From assembly GCF_030645195.1 (NCBI RefSeq), contig NZ_JAUSLW010000111.1, positions 1,885 through 65,884 on the forward strand: DNA of 64,000 bases. Reading direction: 5' to 3'. The DNA comes from Phenylobacterium sp. (GTDB lineage: Bacteria > Pseudomonadota > Alphaproteobacteria > Caulobacterales > Caulobacteraceae). The position numbers and the translations under genes were made by a program. The notes under the pieces are model-generated. The model made no database searches, was not told the origin of the DNA, and saw nothing but the letters and a program-made list of their open reading frames with translations. Of the stretch, positions 9,942 to 20,649 are shown in pieces (within the stretch, counting starts at the first letter, position 1; each line of letters opens with the position of its first letter).

Positions 9942-11795
9942 TTGACCGCCACCACGTCTATTCCGGGGCTTTTCCCCGCACCGACCAAACACGCCAAGCT
10001 CATCGAATGGGTCGCCCAGACCGCGGCCCTGACCCAGCCTGACCGGGTTCACTGGTGCGACGGCTCCGACGCCGAGTGGGATGCGCTCACCGCCGAGCTG
10101 GTCGCCGGCGGCACCCTGAAGCCCCTCAATCCCGCCATCCGGCCCAACTCCTTCTTCGCCGCCTCAGATCCCCGCGACGTCGCCCGTGTCGAGAGCCGCA
10201 CCTTCATCTGTTCCGAGCTCGAAATCGACGCCGGCCCCACCAACAACTGGCTCGACCCCACCGAGATGCGGGCCGACCTGCAGGACCTGTTCAAGGGCTG
10301 CATGAAGGGCCGCACCATGTATGTGGTGCCCTTCAGCATGGGGCCGCTGGGCTCCAAGATCAGCCAGCTGGGCGTGGAGATCACCGACAGCGCCTATGTG
10401 GCCATCTCCATGCGCGTCATGACCCGCATGGGCGCCGGCGCCTTGAAGGAGATCGGCGACGACGGCTTCTTCGTCCCGGCCCTGCACTCGGTGGGCATGC
10501 CGCTGGCCGAGGGCCAGGCCGACGTGCCGTGGCCCTGCAACGAGATCAAGTACATCGTCCACTTCCCCGAGACCCGGGAGATCTGGTCCTACGGCTCGGG
10601 CTATGGCGGCAACGCGCTCTTGGGCAAGAAGTGCTTCGCCCTGCGCATCGCCTCGGTCATGGCCCGCGACGAGGGGTGGTTCGCCGAGCACATGCTGATC
10701 CTCAAGCTGACCTCGCCGCAGGGCCAGGTCCGCTACGTGGCCGCCGCCTTCCCCAGCGCGTGCGGCAAGACCAACATGGCCATGCTGCAGCCCACCCTGC
10801 CGGGCTGGAAGGCCGAGACCATCGGCGACGACATCTGCTGGATGCGCTTCGGCGACGACGGCCAGCTCTACGCCATCAATCCGGAAGCCGGTTTCTTCGG
10901 CGTGGCGCCGGGCACCGGCATGGTGACCAACAAGAACGCCATCGACTCCCTGCACTCCAACAGCGTCTTCACCAATGTGGCGCTCACCGCCGACGGCGAC
11001 GTCTGGTGGGAAGGTCTCACCGAGAGCCCCCCCGAGGGGCTCACCGACTGGAAGGGCCAGCCCTGGTCCCCCGACAGCGGCCAGCCGGCCGCCCACCCCA
11101 ACGCCCGCTTCACGGTGCCGGCCTCGCAATGCCCGGTGATCGCCCCGGAATGGGAAGACCCCAAGGGCGTGCCGATCTCGGCCATCCTGTTCGGCGGCCG
11201 CCGCGCCAGCGCCGTGCCCCTGGTGACCGAGGCCTTCGACTGGGCCCACGGCGTCTTCATGGCCTCCAACGTGGCCTCGGAAGGCACCGCGGCGGCGGAG
11301 AACAAGATCGGCGAGCTGCGCCGCGACCCCTTCGCCATGCTGCCCTTCTGCGGCTACAACATGGGCGACTATTTCAGCCACTGGCTGAAGATGGGCGCCG
11401 GGGCCGACGCCTCGAAGCTGCCGCGCATCTATTTCGTCAACTGGTTCCGCAAGGACGAGAACGGCAAGTTCGTCTGGCCGGGTTATGGCGAGAACAGCCG
11501 CGTCCTGAAGTGGATCGTCGAGCGCCTGGAGGGCGAGGCCGAGGCCACCGACACCGCCATTGGACGTCTGCCCACGGTGGACAGCCTGGACCTAGGCGGG
11601 CTGACCCTCACCGACGCACAGCTCAAGCTGCTGCTCACCGTCGACGCGGCGGTCTGGCAGGAGGAGGCGGCCCTGATCCCGGCCGCCTATGAGAAGTTCG
11701 GCGACCGCATGCCCAAGGAGCTCTGGGCCCAGTATGAGGCCCTGGTCAGCCGCCTGGCCCAGGCCGCCCGGCCGGCCATGATGGTGGCCGAGTAG
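9942..11795 (+). CDS. pckG: Phosphoenolpyruvate carboxykinase (GTP)
   Basis: [27 protein letters not shown]-loop, GDDI, HPNARF, FVNWFRK; TTG start. Confidence 0.95.
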   Translation: MTATTSIPGLFPAPTKHAKLIEWVAQTAALTQPDRVHWCDGSDAEWDALTAELVAGGTLKPLNPAIRPNSFFAASDPRDVARVESRTFICSELEIDAGPTNNWLDPTEMRADLQDLFKGCMKGRTMYVVPFSMGPLGSKISQLGVEITDSAYVAISMRVMTRMGAGALKEIGDDGFFVPALHSVGMPLAEGQADVPWPCNEIKYIVHFPETREIWSYGSGYGGNALLGKKCFALRIASVMARDEGWFAEHMLILKLTSPQGQVRYVAAAFPSACGKTNMAMLQPTLPGWKAETIGDDICWMRFGDDGQLYAINPEAGFFGVAPGTGMVTNKNAIDSLHSNSVFTNVALTADGDVWWEGLTESPPEGLTDWKGQPWSPDSGQPAAHPNARFTVPASQCPVIAPEWEDPKGVPISAILFGGRRASAVPLVTEAFDWAHGVFMASNVASEGTAAAENKIGELRRDPFAMLPFCGYNMGDYFSHWLKMGAGADASKLPRIYFVNWFRKDENGKFVWPGYGENSRVLKWIVERLEGEAEATDTAIGRLPTVDSLDLGGLTLTDAQLKLLLTVDAAVWQEEAALIPAAYEKFGDRMPKELWAQYEALVSRLAQAARPAMMVAE

Positions 11796-11799
11796 GGCG

Positions 11800-12279
11800 A
11801 TGGTCGAAACCCTGGCGCCCCGACGCCCGCGCCTGGCGATCTTCGGCGCGGGGCCGGCGGGCCAGGCCTTCGCCCGCCAGTTCGCCCTGCTGCCCTTCGA
11901 GGTGGAGGCCTACGACACCCGGGCCGACAAACCCGCCGTCATCCTTAGCGAGGACGAGATGGTGGAGCTGGCTGGGTGCCTGGAGGACGGCGACTACGCC
12001 CTGATCGCCAGCGCCAGCCACGAGCTGGACGGTCGGATCGCCCAGGCCATCCTCACCGCCGGCCGCTTCCGCTACTGCGGCATGATCGGCTCGCGCAAGA
12101 AGCGCGACGAGATCCTGGCGGCGCTGACCGCGGCCGGGCTGCCGGCGGACCAGATCGCCCGCCTGCAATGCCCGATCGGCATCCCCGAGCTGCATGGCCG
12201 CGCCCCGGAGGTGATCGCCGTCTCGGTGGCGGCCCAGGTGCTGCAGGTGCTGCAGGTGCTGCAGGACGACGAGACCTAA
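11800..12279 (+). CDS. XdhC-family accessory protein, C-terminal Rossmann domain only
   Basis: [39 protein letters not shown]; the N-terminal XdhC/CoxI domain is absent. Confidence 0.8.
   Translation: MVETLAPRRPRLAIFGAGPAGQAFARQFALLPFEVEAYDTRADKPAVILSEDEMVELAGCLEDGDYALIASASHELDGRIAQAILTAGRFRYCGMIGSRKKRDEILAALTAAGLPADQIARLQCPIGIPELHGRAPEVIAVSVAAQVLQVLQVLQDDET
12235..12264 (+). repeat. (CAGGTGCTG)x3 in-frame tandem repeat
   Basis: Three perfect 9-mers plus CAG, giving [10 protein letters not shown] at the C-terminus. Confidence 0.85.
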
Positions 12280-13313
12280 CCTCCGCGCGCCTTCCCGCCC
12301 GGCGCGCGGACCATCATCTTAAGGATCGTCTCGGTGATCCTTGGCTCCAGGCCCTCGGTGTGGCCCTTGTCCAGCCGCACCACGTCTGCCACCAGGCGTC
12401 CGCCCCGGCACTTGGGATAGACGAAGACCTCCGCGGTCCCAGGCCGGGCCTTCAGGCCCCAGACCGGATAGGTCGACCGCGCGCTGTCATAGACCCAGCC
12501 AGCCTTCTCATCGACCACGTCGGGCCGGCGTATCCGCGGAGCACAGGCGTACTTCTCGGCCCAGGGCGAGGTCACCGGCAGGGTGACGATCTCGCGCTCG
12601 CCGGTCTCATAGATGTGGGAAAAGTCGCAGGCCGGCGGCAGCCCCTCCCCGAAGCTGCGCGGGCGCGGCGGCGGTGGGGTTCCGTCGGCCTGGGGCGGGC
12701 CAAAGCCCGGCACGATCTGCGCCTGGCCGATACGCCCCCCCGACAGGCTGAGCAGGCCATCGACCTTGTCCTTGAAATAGTCCGAGCAGACGATCCGGTG
12801 CGAGGTCATGCCGCCCTGGCTGTGGCCGGCCAGCCAGAAGGCCTTGATGTTCGCGCGGCCAAACTGCTCGAACACCAGGTCGGTGATCGCCTGCAGGTGG
12901 GCGTCGTCGGCGGCCGGCTGCCACATGCGCACGCCCGGTCCGCCAGGGCCCATGGTGGACATCGTCGCGGCGGTCGGGGTGGCCACCACCAGCCGATACT
13001 TCTCCTTGTAGTCCATGGCCGGGAAGTAGTGCCGCTGCCAGTTGCCGATGGAGCCGGCGCCATGGATGTTCAGAATGAAGACGACCTTCTCGTTCGGCTT
13101 CAGGTCGCAGGGATAGTCGAGGAAGAACTTGCGGCCGCCGACGGCGGTGTTGCCGGTCTCGCCGATCAGGGCGCCCTGGCAGTCGGCGCCGGAGCAGTGC
13201 ATGGCCGGCGGCGTCGCGCAGGCCACGCCCGCCTTGTCGGCGGCGAAGGCGCCGTGGGCCAGGCTCATCAGGGCCAGACCCGCCAGGGCGGGAAGCGTCC
13301 AGGTCTTGGTCAT
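12276..13313 (-). CDS. Secreted alpha/beta hydrolase (esterase/PHB depolymerase-like), paralog 1
   Basis: Signal peptide, LNIHGAG, GHSQGG nucleophile elbow, DKGHTEG putative catalytic His. Confidence 0.8.
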   Translation of the reverse strand: MTKTWTLPALAGLALMSLAHGAFAADKAGVACATPPAMHCSGADCQGALIGETGNTAVGGRKFFLDYPCDLKPNEKVVFILNIHGAGSIGNWQRHYFPAMDYKEKYRLVVATPTAATMSTMGPGGPGVRMWQPAADDAHLQAITDLVFEQFGRANIKAFWLAGHSQGGMTSHRIVCSDYFKDKVDGLLSLSGGRIGQAQIVPGFGPPQADGTPPPPRPRSFGEGLPPACDFSHIYETGEREIVTLPVTSPWAEKYACAPRIRRPDVVDEKAGWVYDSARSTYPVWGLKARPGTAEVFVYPKCRGGRLVADVVRLDKGHTEGLEPRITETILKMMVRAPGGKARGG

Positions 13314-13324
13314 GGGATGTCCCT

Positions 13325-14356
<1,032 letters not shown>

Positions 14357-14404
14357 GACCCGGCTCCTCCATCTGCGATCGACGTCTGCGCGTCGGCAAT
14401 TTCA

Positions 14405-14452
14405 CCTAACAGTGCTAGGGGGATGTTGCGCCCATATTTCATCGGTGATCAA
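14405..14452. promoter_or_regulatory. Two tetO-like imperfect palindromes in the divergent promoter region
   Basis: CCTAACAGTGCTAGG (14405-14419) and TTCATCGGTGATCAA (14438-14452), both 15 bp. Confidence 0.4.
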
Positions 14453-14482
14453 GTCGGCTCCGACCGGCGCAGGGGAGGCGGC

Positions 14483-15013
14483 ATGGCCCTCGAACGGGCG
14501 ACGATCATCGCCAAGGCGCTCGAACTCCTGGACGAGGTCGGGATCGAGGGCCTGAGCAACCGCCGGCTCGCCGCCGAGCTGGGGGTGAAGGGGCCGTCGC
14601 TCTACTGGCACTTCAAGAGCATGGCGGACCTCCACAGCCAGATGGCCGAGGCGATGATGGCGCAGGTCATGCCGTCGCCGGACCCGGAGGCCTTCCCGGG
14701 CGACTGGCGCGAGTGGCTGTCGGTTGGCGCCTGGGGGTTGCGCGGCGTGGCCCTGTCGCGGCGGGACGGGGTCCTGATCCTGGCGGCCGCTCGCCCGACC
14801 TCCACCAACCCCCTGCTCAGCTTCCCCGCCATGGTCGCCCGGCTGCAGGCGGCGGGTTTCAGTCCCGAGGCCGCCCGCGGGGCCATGATCGCCATCGGCC
14901 GCTATGTCATGGGATCGGCGCGCAGCGAGAACGCCGGCTCGGACGCCGATTTCGCCTTCGGTCTGGAGACCCTGCTGGACGGCCTGCAGGTGAGGCTGGC
15001 GCGGACCTCGTGA
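14483..15013 (+). CDS. TetR-class transcriptional repressor
   Basis: ALELLDEVGIEGLSNRRLAAELGVKGPSLYWHFKS and FAFGLETLLDGL resemble the tetracycline repressor class; GGAGG ribosome site. Confidence 0.9.
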   Translation: MALERATIIAKALELLDEVGIEGLSNRRLAAELGVKGPSLYWHFKSMADLHSQMAEAMMAQVMPSPDPEAFPGDWREWLSVGAWGLRGVALSRRDGVLILAAARPTSTNPLLSFPAMVARLQAAGFSPEAARGAMIAIGRYVMGSARSENAGSDADFAFGLETLLDGLQVRLARTS

Positions 15014-15029
15014 TCCGCGCCAGGACGGG

Positions 15030-16316
15030 TCAGAGCCCCGCCAGCGCCTGGTCGAGGTCGGCGACGATGTCGTCGATGTGCTCGAGACCCACCGAGAGCC
15101 GCACCACGTCCGGGCCCGCGCCGGCGACGATCTGGTCGGCCTCCTCCAGCTGGCGGTGGGTGGTGGAGGACGGGTGGATGATCAGGCTGCGGGTGTCGCC
15201 GATATTGGCCAGGTGCGAGAACAGCTTCACCGAACTCACCAGCTTCACGCCCGCGGCGTAGCCGTCCTTCAGGCCGAAGGTGAAGACAGCCCCGGCGCCC
15301 TTAGGGGCGTAGCGCTGGGCCAGGGCGTGATAGCGGTCGTCCGCCAGGCCGGCATAGGAGACCCAGGCCACCTTGGGGTGGGCTTGCAGCCATCGGGCGA
15401 CCGCCAGGGCGTTCTGGCAGTGGCGCTCCATCCGCAGCGGCAGGGTCTCGATCCCGGTCAGGATCATGAAGGCGTTGAAGGGGGAGATCGCGGGCCCGAG
15501 GTCGCGCAGGCCGAGCGCGCGACAGGCCACGATGAAGGCGGCGGGGCCAAAGGCCTCGGTGAAGACCTTGCCGTGATAGCTGGGATTGGGCGTCGAGAGA
15601 TAAGGGTACTTGCCGCCAGCCGCCCAGTCGAAGCGGCCACTGTCGACGATCATGCCGCCGATGGAGTTGCCGTGGCCGCCGAGGAACTTGGTCAGGGAGT
15701 GGACCACGATGTCGGCGCCGTGGGCGAAGGGCTGGCAGAGGTAGGGAGAGGCCAGGGTGTTGTCCACCACCAGGGGCACGCCCGCGGCATGGGCGGCCTG
15801 CGCGATGGCGGCGATGTCGGAGATCACGCCGCCGGGGTTGGCGATGGACTCGATGAACACCGCGCGGGTCTTGTCATTGATCGCCTTGGCGTAGTCGGCG
15901 GCGTCGTCGGTGTCGATGAAGGTGACGCCCCAACCCATCTTCCTGAAGCTCTGCGAGAGCTGGTTGATGGATCCGCCATAGAGCTTGCGGGAGGCGACGA
16001 TGTTGCAGCCGGGCTCCAGCAGGGTGTGGAACACCAGGAACTGGGCCGCATGGCCGCTGGCCACGGCCAGACCCGCGATCCCGCCTTCCAGGGCGCTGAC
16101 CCGGGCTTCCAGCACGCTCTGGGTGGGGTTGCCCAGCCGGGTGTAGACGTTGCCGGCGCCCTCGAGGTTGAACAGGGCCGCGGCGTGGTCGCTGTCATCG
16201 AAGACGTAGGACGCCGTCTGATAGATGGGCGTGATCCGCGCCTTGGTGGTGGGATCGGGCGTGGCCCCCGCGTGAATGGCCAGGGTTTCGGGGCGCTGGG
16301 CGGCGGGATCACTCAT
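15030..16316 (-). CDS. metY: O-acetylhomoserine aminocarboxypropyltransferase (sulfhydrylase)
   Basis: PIYQTASY, YTRLGNPT, VHSLTKF PLP lysine, FSHLANIGD. Confidence 0.88.
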   Translation of the reverse strand: MSDPAAQRPETLAIHAGATPDPTTKARITPIYQTASYVFDDSDHAAALFNLEGAGNVYTRLGNPTQSVLEARVSALEGGIAGLAVASGHAAQFLVFHTLLEPGCNIVASRKLYGGSINQLSQSFRKMGWGVTFIDTDDAADYAKAINDKTRAVFIESIANPGGVISDIAAIAQAAHAAGVPLVVDNTLASPYLCQPFAHGADIVVHSLTKFLGGHGNSIGGMIVDSGRFDWAAGGKYPYLSTPNPSYHGKVFTEAFGPAAFIVACRALGLRDLGPAISPFNAFMILTGIETLPLRMERHCQNALAVARWLQAHPKVAWVSYAGLADDRYHALAQRYAPKGAGAVFTFGLKDGYAAGVKLVSSVKLFSHLANIGDTRSLIIHPSSTTHRQLEEADQIVAGAGPDVVRLSVGLEHIDDIVADLDQALAGL

Positions 16317-16355
16317 CGGGGTCTCGATTCCTGGGCAAGCAATGAAGCGCCCTCT

Positions 16356-16934
16356 TTAGAGAGGCCGGGGACCGCGGTCACCCGGTCCGGTAGCGGCGGC
16401 CGGGCCCAGGGCCGCGAGGACCTGGTCGGCCTGCGCCTCCGTCGACAGGTCGATGTCGACGGTGATCACCTCCTCCTCGGCCGTGGGCGTCTCCAGGGTC
16501 GCGATCTGGCTCGCCAGCAGGTCCTGGCCCACGAAGTGCCCGGCGCGACCGGCCAGGCGCCGTCTCAGGACCGCCGGCTCGCCCTTCAGCCAGACGAACC
16601 GCAGCCCCGGCCGCCCGTACCGCAGTCCGTCCCGGTAGGCCCGCTTCAGGGCAGAGCAGGCCACGATCGCCGGGCGTCCCTCGACCCGACGCGCGTCCAG
16701 CCAGGCGCCGATGGCCGCCAGCCAGGGCGCGCGGTCGGCGTCGGTGAGCGGCTCGCCCCGGACCATGCGGGCGACATTGGCGGCCGGGTGCAGGTCGTCG
16801 CCGTCCTGGCAGGCCCAACCCAGGCGCGCGGCGAGCGCCCGCATGAGGGTGGACTTGCCGGCGCCGGCCACGCCCATGATGACCAGCTGCGGGATCTCGG
16901 AGGCGGGGAGGGGTGTCGGCATCGCGGCCAGCAT
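16356..16934 (-). CDS. gntK: Gluconokinase (start 16934 or 16922)
   Basis: MGVAGAGKST, DGDDLHP.AN, GEPLTDADR.PW, ACSALKRAYRD. Confidence 0.88.
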   Translation of the reverse strand: MLAAMPTPLPASEIPQLVIMGVAGAGKSTLMRALAARLGWACQDGDDLHPAANVARMVRGEPLTDADRAPWLAAIGAWLDARRVEGRPAIVACSALKRAYRDGLRYGRPGLRFVWLKGEPAVLRRRLAGRAGHFVGQDLLASQIATLETPTAEEEVITVDIDLSTEAQADQVLAALGPAAATGPGDRGPRPL

Positions 16935-16972
16935 GCCGCTTCGGCGTCCCGCGCGCAAAGCCGGCCGCCGAC

Positions 16973-16986
16973 TTGATCCCCATCAA
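16973..16986. promoter_or_regulatory. Perfect FNR/FixK box
   Basis: TTGAT-CCCC-ATCAA between the divergent gntK and BA14K genes. Confidence 0.7.
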
Positions 16987-17030
16987 GGTGACCGCCCGCC
17001 AGGGGGCCAAGCTCAATCATCACCGCAGCG

Positions 17031-17507
17031 GTGATGGAGACTTCGACCATGCGAAAGTTGTCCGCCCTCACCGCCGGGTGCCTGGCCACCGTGATGCTGG
17101 CCCAGACCGCGGTCGCCCAGCCGAGGCCCTATGGCGAGGCTTGGCGGGCCCCGCCGCCCCGCGACGCCGGTCATCGTCACGACGGCTACCAGGGTGATCG
17201 CTACTACTACAATGGTCGATGGGTGGATGCGCAGGAATGGCGCCGCCACGACCGTGAACGCGACCGCTGGGCCCAGGACTATCAGCGCCGCCGCGGCCAT
17301 CGGGACGACGACGACACCACCGCACTCATCGCCGGCATCCTCGGCTTCGCGCTCGGGGCCGCGATCGTCGGATCGGCCGACCAGGCCAATCACGCCCAGA
17401 CCGCCGACCGCAGCTGGGATTCCTACTGCGCCCGCAAGTACCGCAGCTATGACCCCCGCAGCCGCACCTACCTCGGCTATGACGGCCTGAGGCACTACTG
17501 CCAGTAG
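17031..17507 (+). CDS. BA14K family secreted protein
   Basis: Signal peptide, Arg/Asp/Tyr-rich linker, AGILGFALGAAI, YCARKYRSYDP..TYLGYDG..HYC. Confidence 0.85.
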   Translation: MMETSTMRKLSALTAGCLATVMLAQTAVAQPRPYGEAWRAPPPRDAGHRHDGYQGDRYYYNGRWVDAQEWRRHDRERDRWAQDYQRRRGHRDDDDTTALIAGILGFALGAAIVGSADQANHAQTADRSWDSYCARKYRSYDPRSRTYLGYDGLRHYCQ

Positions 17508-17548
17508 CGGCGGAGAGCTTGGCGTCAGCCTGATGAAGGGATCTGCCG

Positions 17549-18121
17549 ATGGACATGCTGGAAGGGATCCGTAGCCGCCGCGCCGTACGTGACTATCGCG
17601 ATGAGCCGGTGTCCCACGCCCTGATCGGCGCCGTCATCGACAACGCGGTCTGGGCGCCCAGCGGCATGAACCGCCAGCCCTGGCGCTTCCTGGTCATCGA
17701 GGGACGGGAGACCTTGGCGCGATGCTCCTCGGCCGCCAAACGCCTGATGCTCGACGAGGCGACACGCCGGCCCGAACTGGCCGCCGTGCGCGGCATGCTC
17801 GAACAGCCCGACTTCAACATCTTCTACAATGCGCCAGCCCTGGTCGTGGTCTGCGCCACAGAGCCGGGCGAGATGGCCGTCAAGGACTGCTGCCTCGCGG
17901 CCCAGACCCTGATGCTGGCCGCCCACGCCCAGGGGCTGGGCTCCTGCTGGATCGGCTTTGCGGAGACCTGGCTCAACAGCCTTGAGGCCAAGGACTGGCT
18001 GGGCATGGCCGACGGCCTGAGGCCGGTGGCGCCCATCATCCTCGGCCGGCCCGCCGCGGCCGTCGCCGCACCTGACCGGCGCCCGGCGGATGTCGAGTTT
18101 GTTCGACTCGGCGGAACCTGA
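17549..18121 (+). CDS. Nitroreductase family protein
   Basis: SRRAVRDY, WAPSGMNRQPWRF, LAAHAQGLGSCWIG. Confidence 0.88.
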   Translation: MDMLEGIRSRRAVRDYRDEPVSHALIGAVIDNAVWAPSGMNRQPWRFLVIEGRETLARCSSAAKRLMLDEATRRPELAAVRGMLEQPDFNIFYNAPALVVVCATEPGEMAVKDCCLAAQTLMLAAHAQGLGSCWIGFAETWLNSLEAKDWLGMADGLRPVAPIILGRPAAAVAAPDRRPADVEFVRLGGT

Positions 18122-18283
18122 GGTCCCGTCCTCGATCGCGCTCGGGATCGCCGTCGCGCCCGATGCTGACCGCCCGGATTTTTCCTAACTCTCATCCCTA
18201 AGCCCGCAAATTCGCGAGGATTTCCTGGCGTCCTCAAACCCGTCAGGGCGCGGAGGTCTCCCGGTCGAGCGCATGCAAGACAT

Positions 18284-18301
18284 TCACTCTCGTGAGAGTG
18301 A
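18284..18301 (+). promoter_or_regulatory. Perfect palindrome, putative TetR operator
   Basis: TCACTCTC-GT-GAGAGTGA, 3 nt upstream of TTGACT (18305) ahead of the TonB receptor. Confidence 0.55.
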
Positions 18302-18384
18302 GTGTTGACTCCGGACGGCTGAGGTTCCAATCCTATGTCCACAGCCCGGCGCGAATGACCGGTGCGGACAGGGAGGAACGGACA

Positions 18385-20646
18385 ATGAGAGTGCTTCTCA
18401 TGGCGTCGGCATGCGCCGCGACGCTGGCTGCCGGGGGGACGGCGGAAGCTCAGACGGTGAGGCCCGAGACATCGGGCGCGCCGGCCCGGACCACGGATGT
18501 CAGCGAGGTCATCGTCACCGCGACGCGCCGGAACGAGCGGCTGCAGGACGTGCCGCTCAGCATCACCGCCTATTCGCAGGAGACTCTCACGGCCAAGGGG
18601 ATCGTGGGCTACGAGGGCCTGGCGCAAGAGACGCCCGGCGTGGTGCTGAACCGGCCCAGCGCCAACTTCAACAACTTCACCGCGCGCGGAATCGCCACCA
18701 ACGGCTATGGCGCGAACCTGCAGAGCACGGTGGCGGTCTATATCGACGAGCTGCCGATCTCGACCATCGGCAATACGACGGTGCTCGACCCCAATCTCTA
18801 TGACGTCGAGCGGGTGGAGTTCCTGCGTGGTCCGCAGGGCACGTTGTTCGGTTCGGGCTCACTGTCAGGCGCGCTGCGCATCCTGAACAAGCGGCCGAAC
18901 CTGACCGAGTTCGACGCCTCGGTGCTCGTGGACTACGCCATGACCGGGTCGGACTCCCTGCGCCAGCGGTACAACGGGATGATCAACATCCCCCTGGTGA
19001 ACGACAAGCTGGCTCTGCGCGCCGTGGGCTTCGTCCGCGACGAGGAAGGCTACATCGACAACATCGGCACCGGCAAAGCCAACGCCAACACCCTGAAGGC
19101 CTGGGGCGGGCGCGTCAGCCTGCTGTGGACGCCGACCGACCGCATGTCGATCAAGCTGCTGGCCTCGCACGAGAAGAGCGAACCGGAGGACTCCTCGACG
19201 GTCAGTCCCAAGCTCGGCCGCGACATCCGTGTGTCGGACCGGCCCGACCTCTTCCAGGGCAAGCTCACCAGCTTCAACGCCACCGTCGAGTACCAGTTCG
19301 ACGGCGCCCAGCTCACCAGCTCCTCGACCTATTCCCAGTTCGACCAGAAGTTCTTCGTCGACCTGGCGGGCACCTTCGGCGGCGCCATCGCCTTCGGCCT
19401 CGACGCCTTTGGATACATGGACACCTTCGTGGAGGAGGCGCGGCTGGCGTCGGATCCGGGCGGGAAGTGGGACTGGGTGGTCGGCGGCTTCTTCCTCGAC
19501 CGGCGTTTGGACGTGGACTACCTCTACCGCTCGTCGCCGGCCTTCCTGACGGCCCGCGGCCTGACCGGCCTGACCGACGAGTACTATCAGCGCCAATTCA
19601 ACCACACGAACTCGCAGGAGCTCGCGGGCTTCGGCGAGGTGACCTACCGCCTCAGCGACAAACTGAAGGTGACGGGCGGGCTCCGGTACGGCGGCTTCGA
19701 GGCGCAGTCCCATGTCGAGGGCGGCTACAACAGCAACTATCTCCTCGCCGCGCTCACCGGCTTCCGAGGACCGCTGACGATCACCCAGATCGCGCCGGCC
19801 ACGGGCGTGAAGGCCAAGGAAGCCGGGCCGTCCTGGAAGGTCAGCGTCTCGTACAAGCCGTCGCCGGCGGTGAGCACCTACGCCACGGTCTCCACCGGCT
19901 TCCGCACGCCGGTGGTGAACGCCTTCGCCGGCCGCGCCAGCGTGGTGAACCCCAGCGACATCATCATCCCGCCGGGCGCCGACTCCGACGACCTGACCAA
20001 CTACGAGCTGGGCCTGAAGGGCCGCTGGCTCGACGGCCGGCTGACCACCAACCTATCGGCCTACTGGATCGACTGGAAGAACATCCAGGTCCAGGCCAAC
20101 CGAGTGTCGGACTCGGTGCAGTTCGCCACCAACATCGGCAAGGCGGTCAGCAAGGGGGTCGAGTTCGAGATCGTGGCCCTGCCCGCCGAGGGGCTGACGG
20201 TGGGGATCAACGGGTCCCTGATCAACGCCAAGGTGACCGAGCTTTCGCCCACCGAGGCGGCCATCTCGGGCGCCGTGGAGGGGGTGAGGCTCGCCGCGCC
20301 CCGTTTCCAGGGGGCGGCCTATTTCAACTACGGATTCGACCTGACGCCGCAGGCCCGCGCCAACCTGTCGGGGGTGGTGCAGCGGGTGGGGAGTTTCCCG
20401 GGCATGTTCCCCAACACGCCGGGCCGTCCCGGCGTGGTCAGCCCGACCTACGCCTTCACCGAGGCCTATACGAATGTGAACGCGACCTTCGCGGTGGCCT
20501 TCGAGCGGCTCACGGTGGCCGCCTACGTGGAGAACCTCTTCGACAGCCGCAAGATCAACTACGTGCATCCGGAAGCCTTCATCGCCAGTCGGTTCGCGGT
20601 CCAGCGGCCCCGCACCATCGGCGTGCGGCTGGGCTACGACTTCTAA
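18385..20646 (+). CDS. TonB-dependent receptor
   Basis: EVIVTATRR, VYIDE, VERVEFLRGPQGTLFG, C-terminal YDF; GGAGG upstream. Confidence 0.95.
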   Translation: MRVLLMASACAATLAAGGTAEAQTVRPETSGAPARTTDVSEVIVTATRRNERLQDVPLSITAYSQETLTAKGIVGYEGLAQETPGVVLNRPSANFNNFTARGIATNGYGANLQSTVAVYIDELPISTIGNTTVLDPNLYDVERVEFLRGPQGTLFGSGSLSGALRILNKRPNLTEFDASVLVDYAMTGSDSLRQRYNGMINIPLVNDKLALRAVGFVRDEEGYIDNIGTGKANANTLKAWGGRVSLLWTPTDRMSIKLLASHEKSEPEDSSTVSPKLGRDIRVSDRPDLFQGKLTSFNATVEYQFDGAQLTSSSTYSQFDQKFFVDLAGTFGGAIAFGLDAFGYMDTFVEEARLASDPGGKWDWVVGGFFLDRRLDVDYLYRSSPAFLTARGLTGLTDEYYQRQFNHTNSQELAGFGEVTYRLSDKLKVTGGLRYGGFEAQSHVEGGYNSNYLLAALTGFRGPLTITQIAPATGVKAKEAGPSWKVSVSYKPSPAVSTYATVSTGFRTPVVNAFAGRASVVNPSDIIIPPGADSDDLTNYELGLKGRWLDGRLTTNLSAYWIDWKNIQVQANRVSDSVQFATNIGKAVSKGVEFEIVALPAEGLTVGINGSLINAKVTELSPTEAAISGAVEGVRLAAPRFQGAAYFNYGFDLTPQARANLSGVVQRVGSFPGMFPNTPGRPGVVSPTYAFTEAYTNVNATFAVAFERLTVAAYVENLFDSRKINYVHPEAFIASRFAVQRPRTIGVRLGYDF

Positions 20647-20649
20647 CCC

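Noticed and set aside
16317-16355. SAM-type riboswitch upstream of metY
   Set aside because: The intergenic gap is only 39 bp and has no recognisable aptamer motif.
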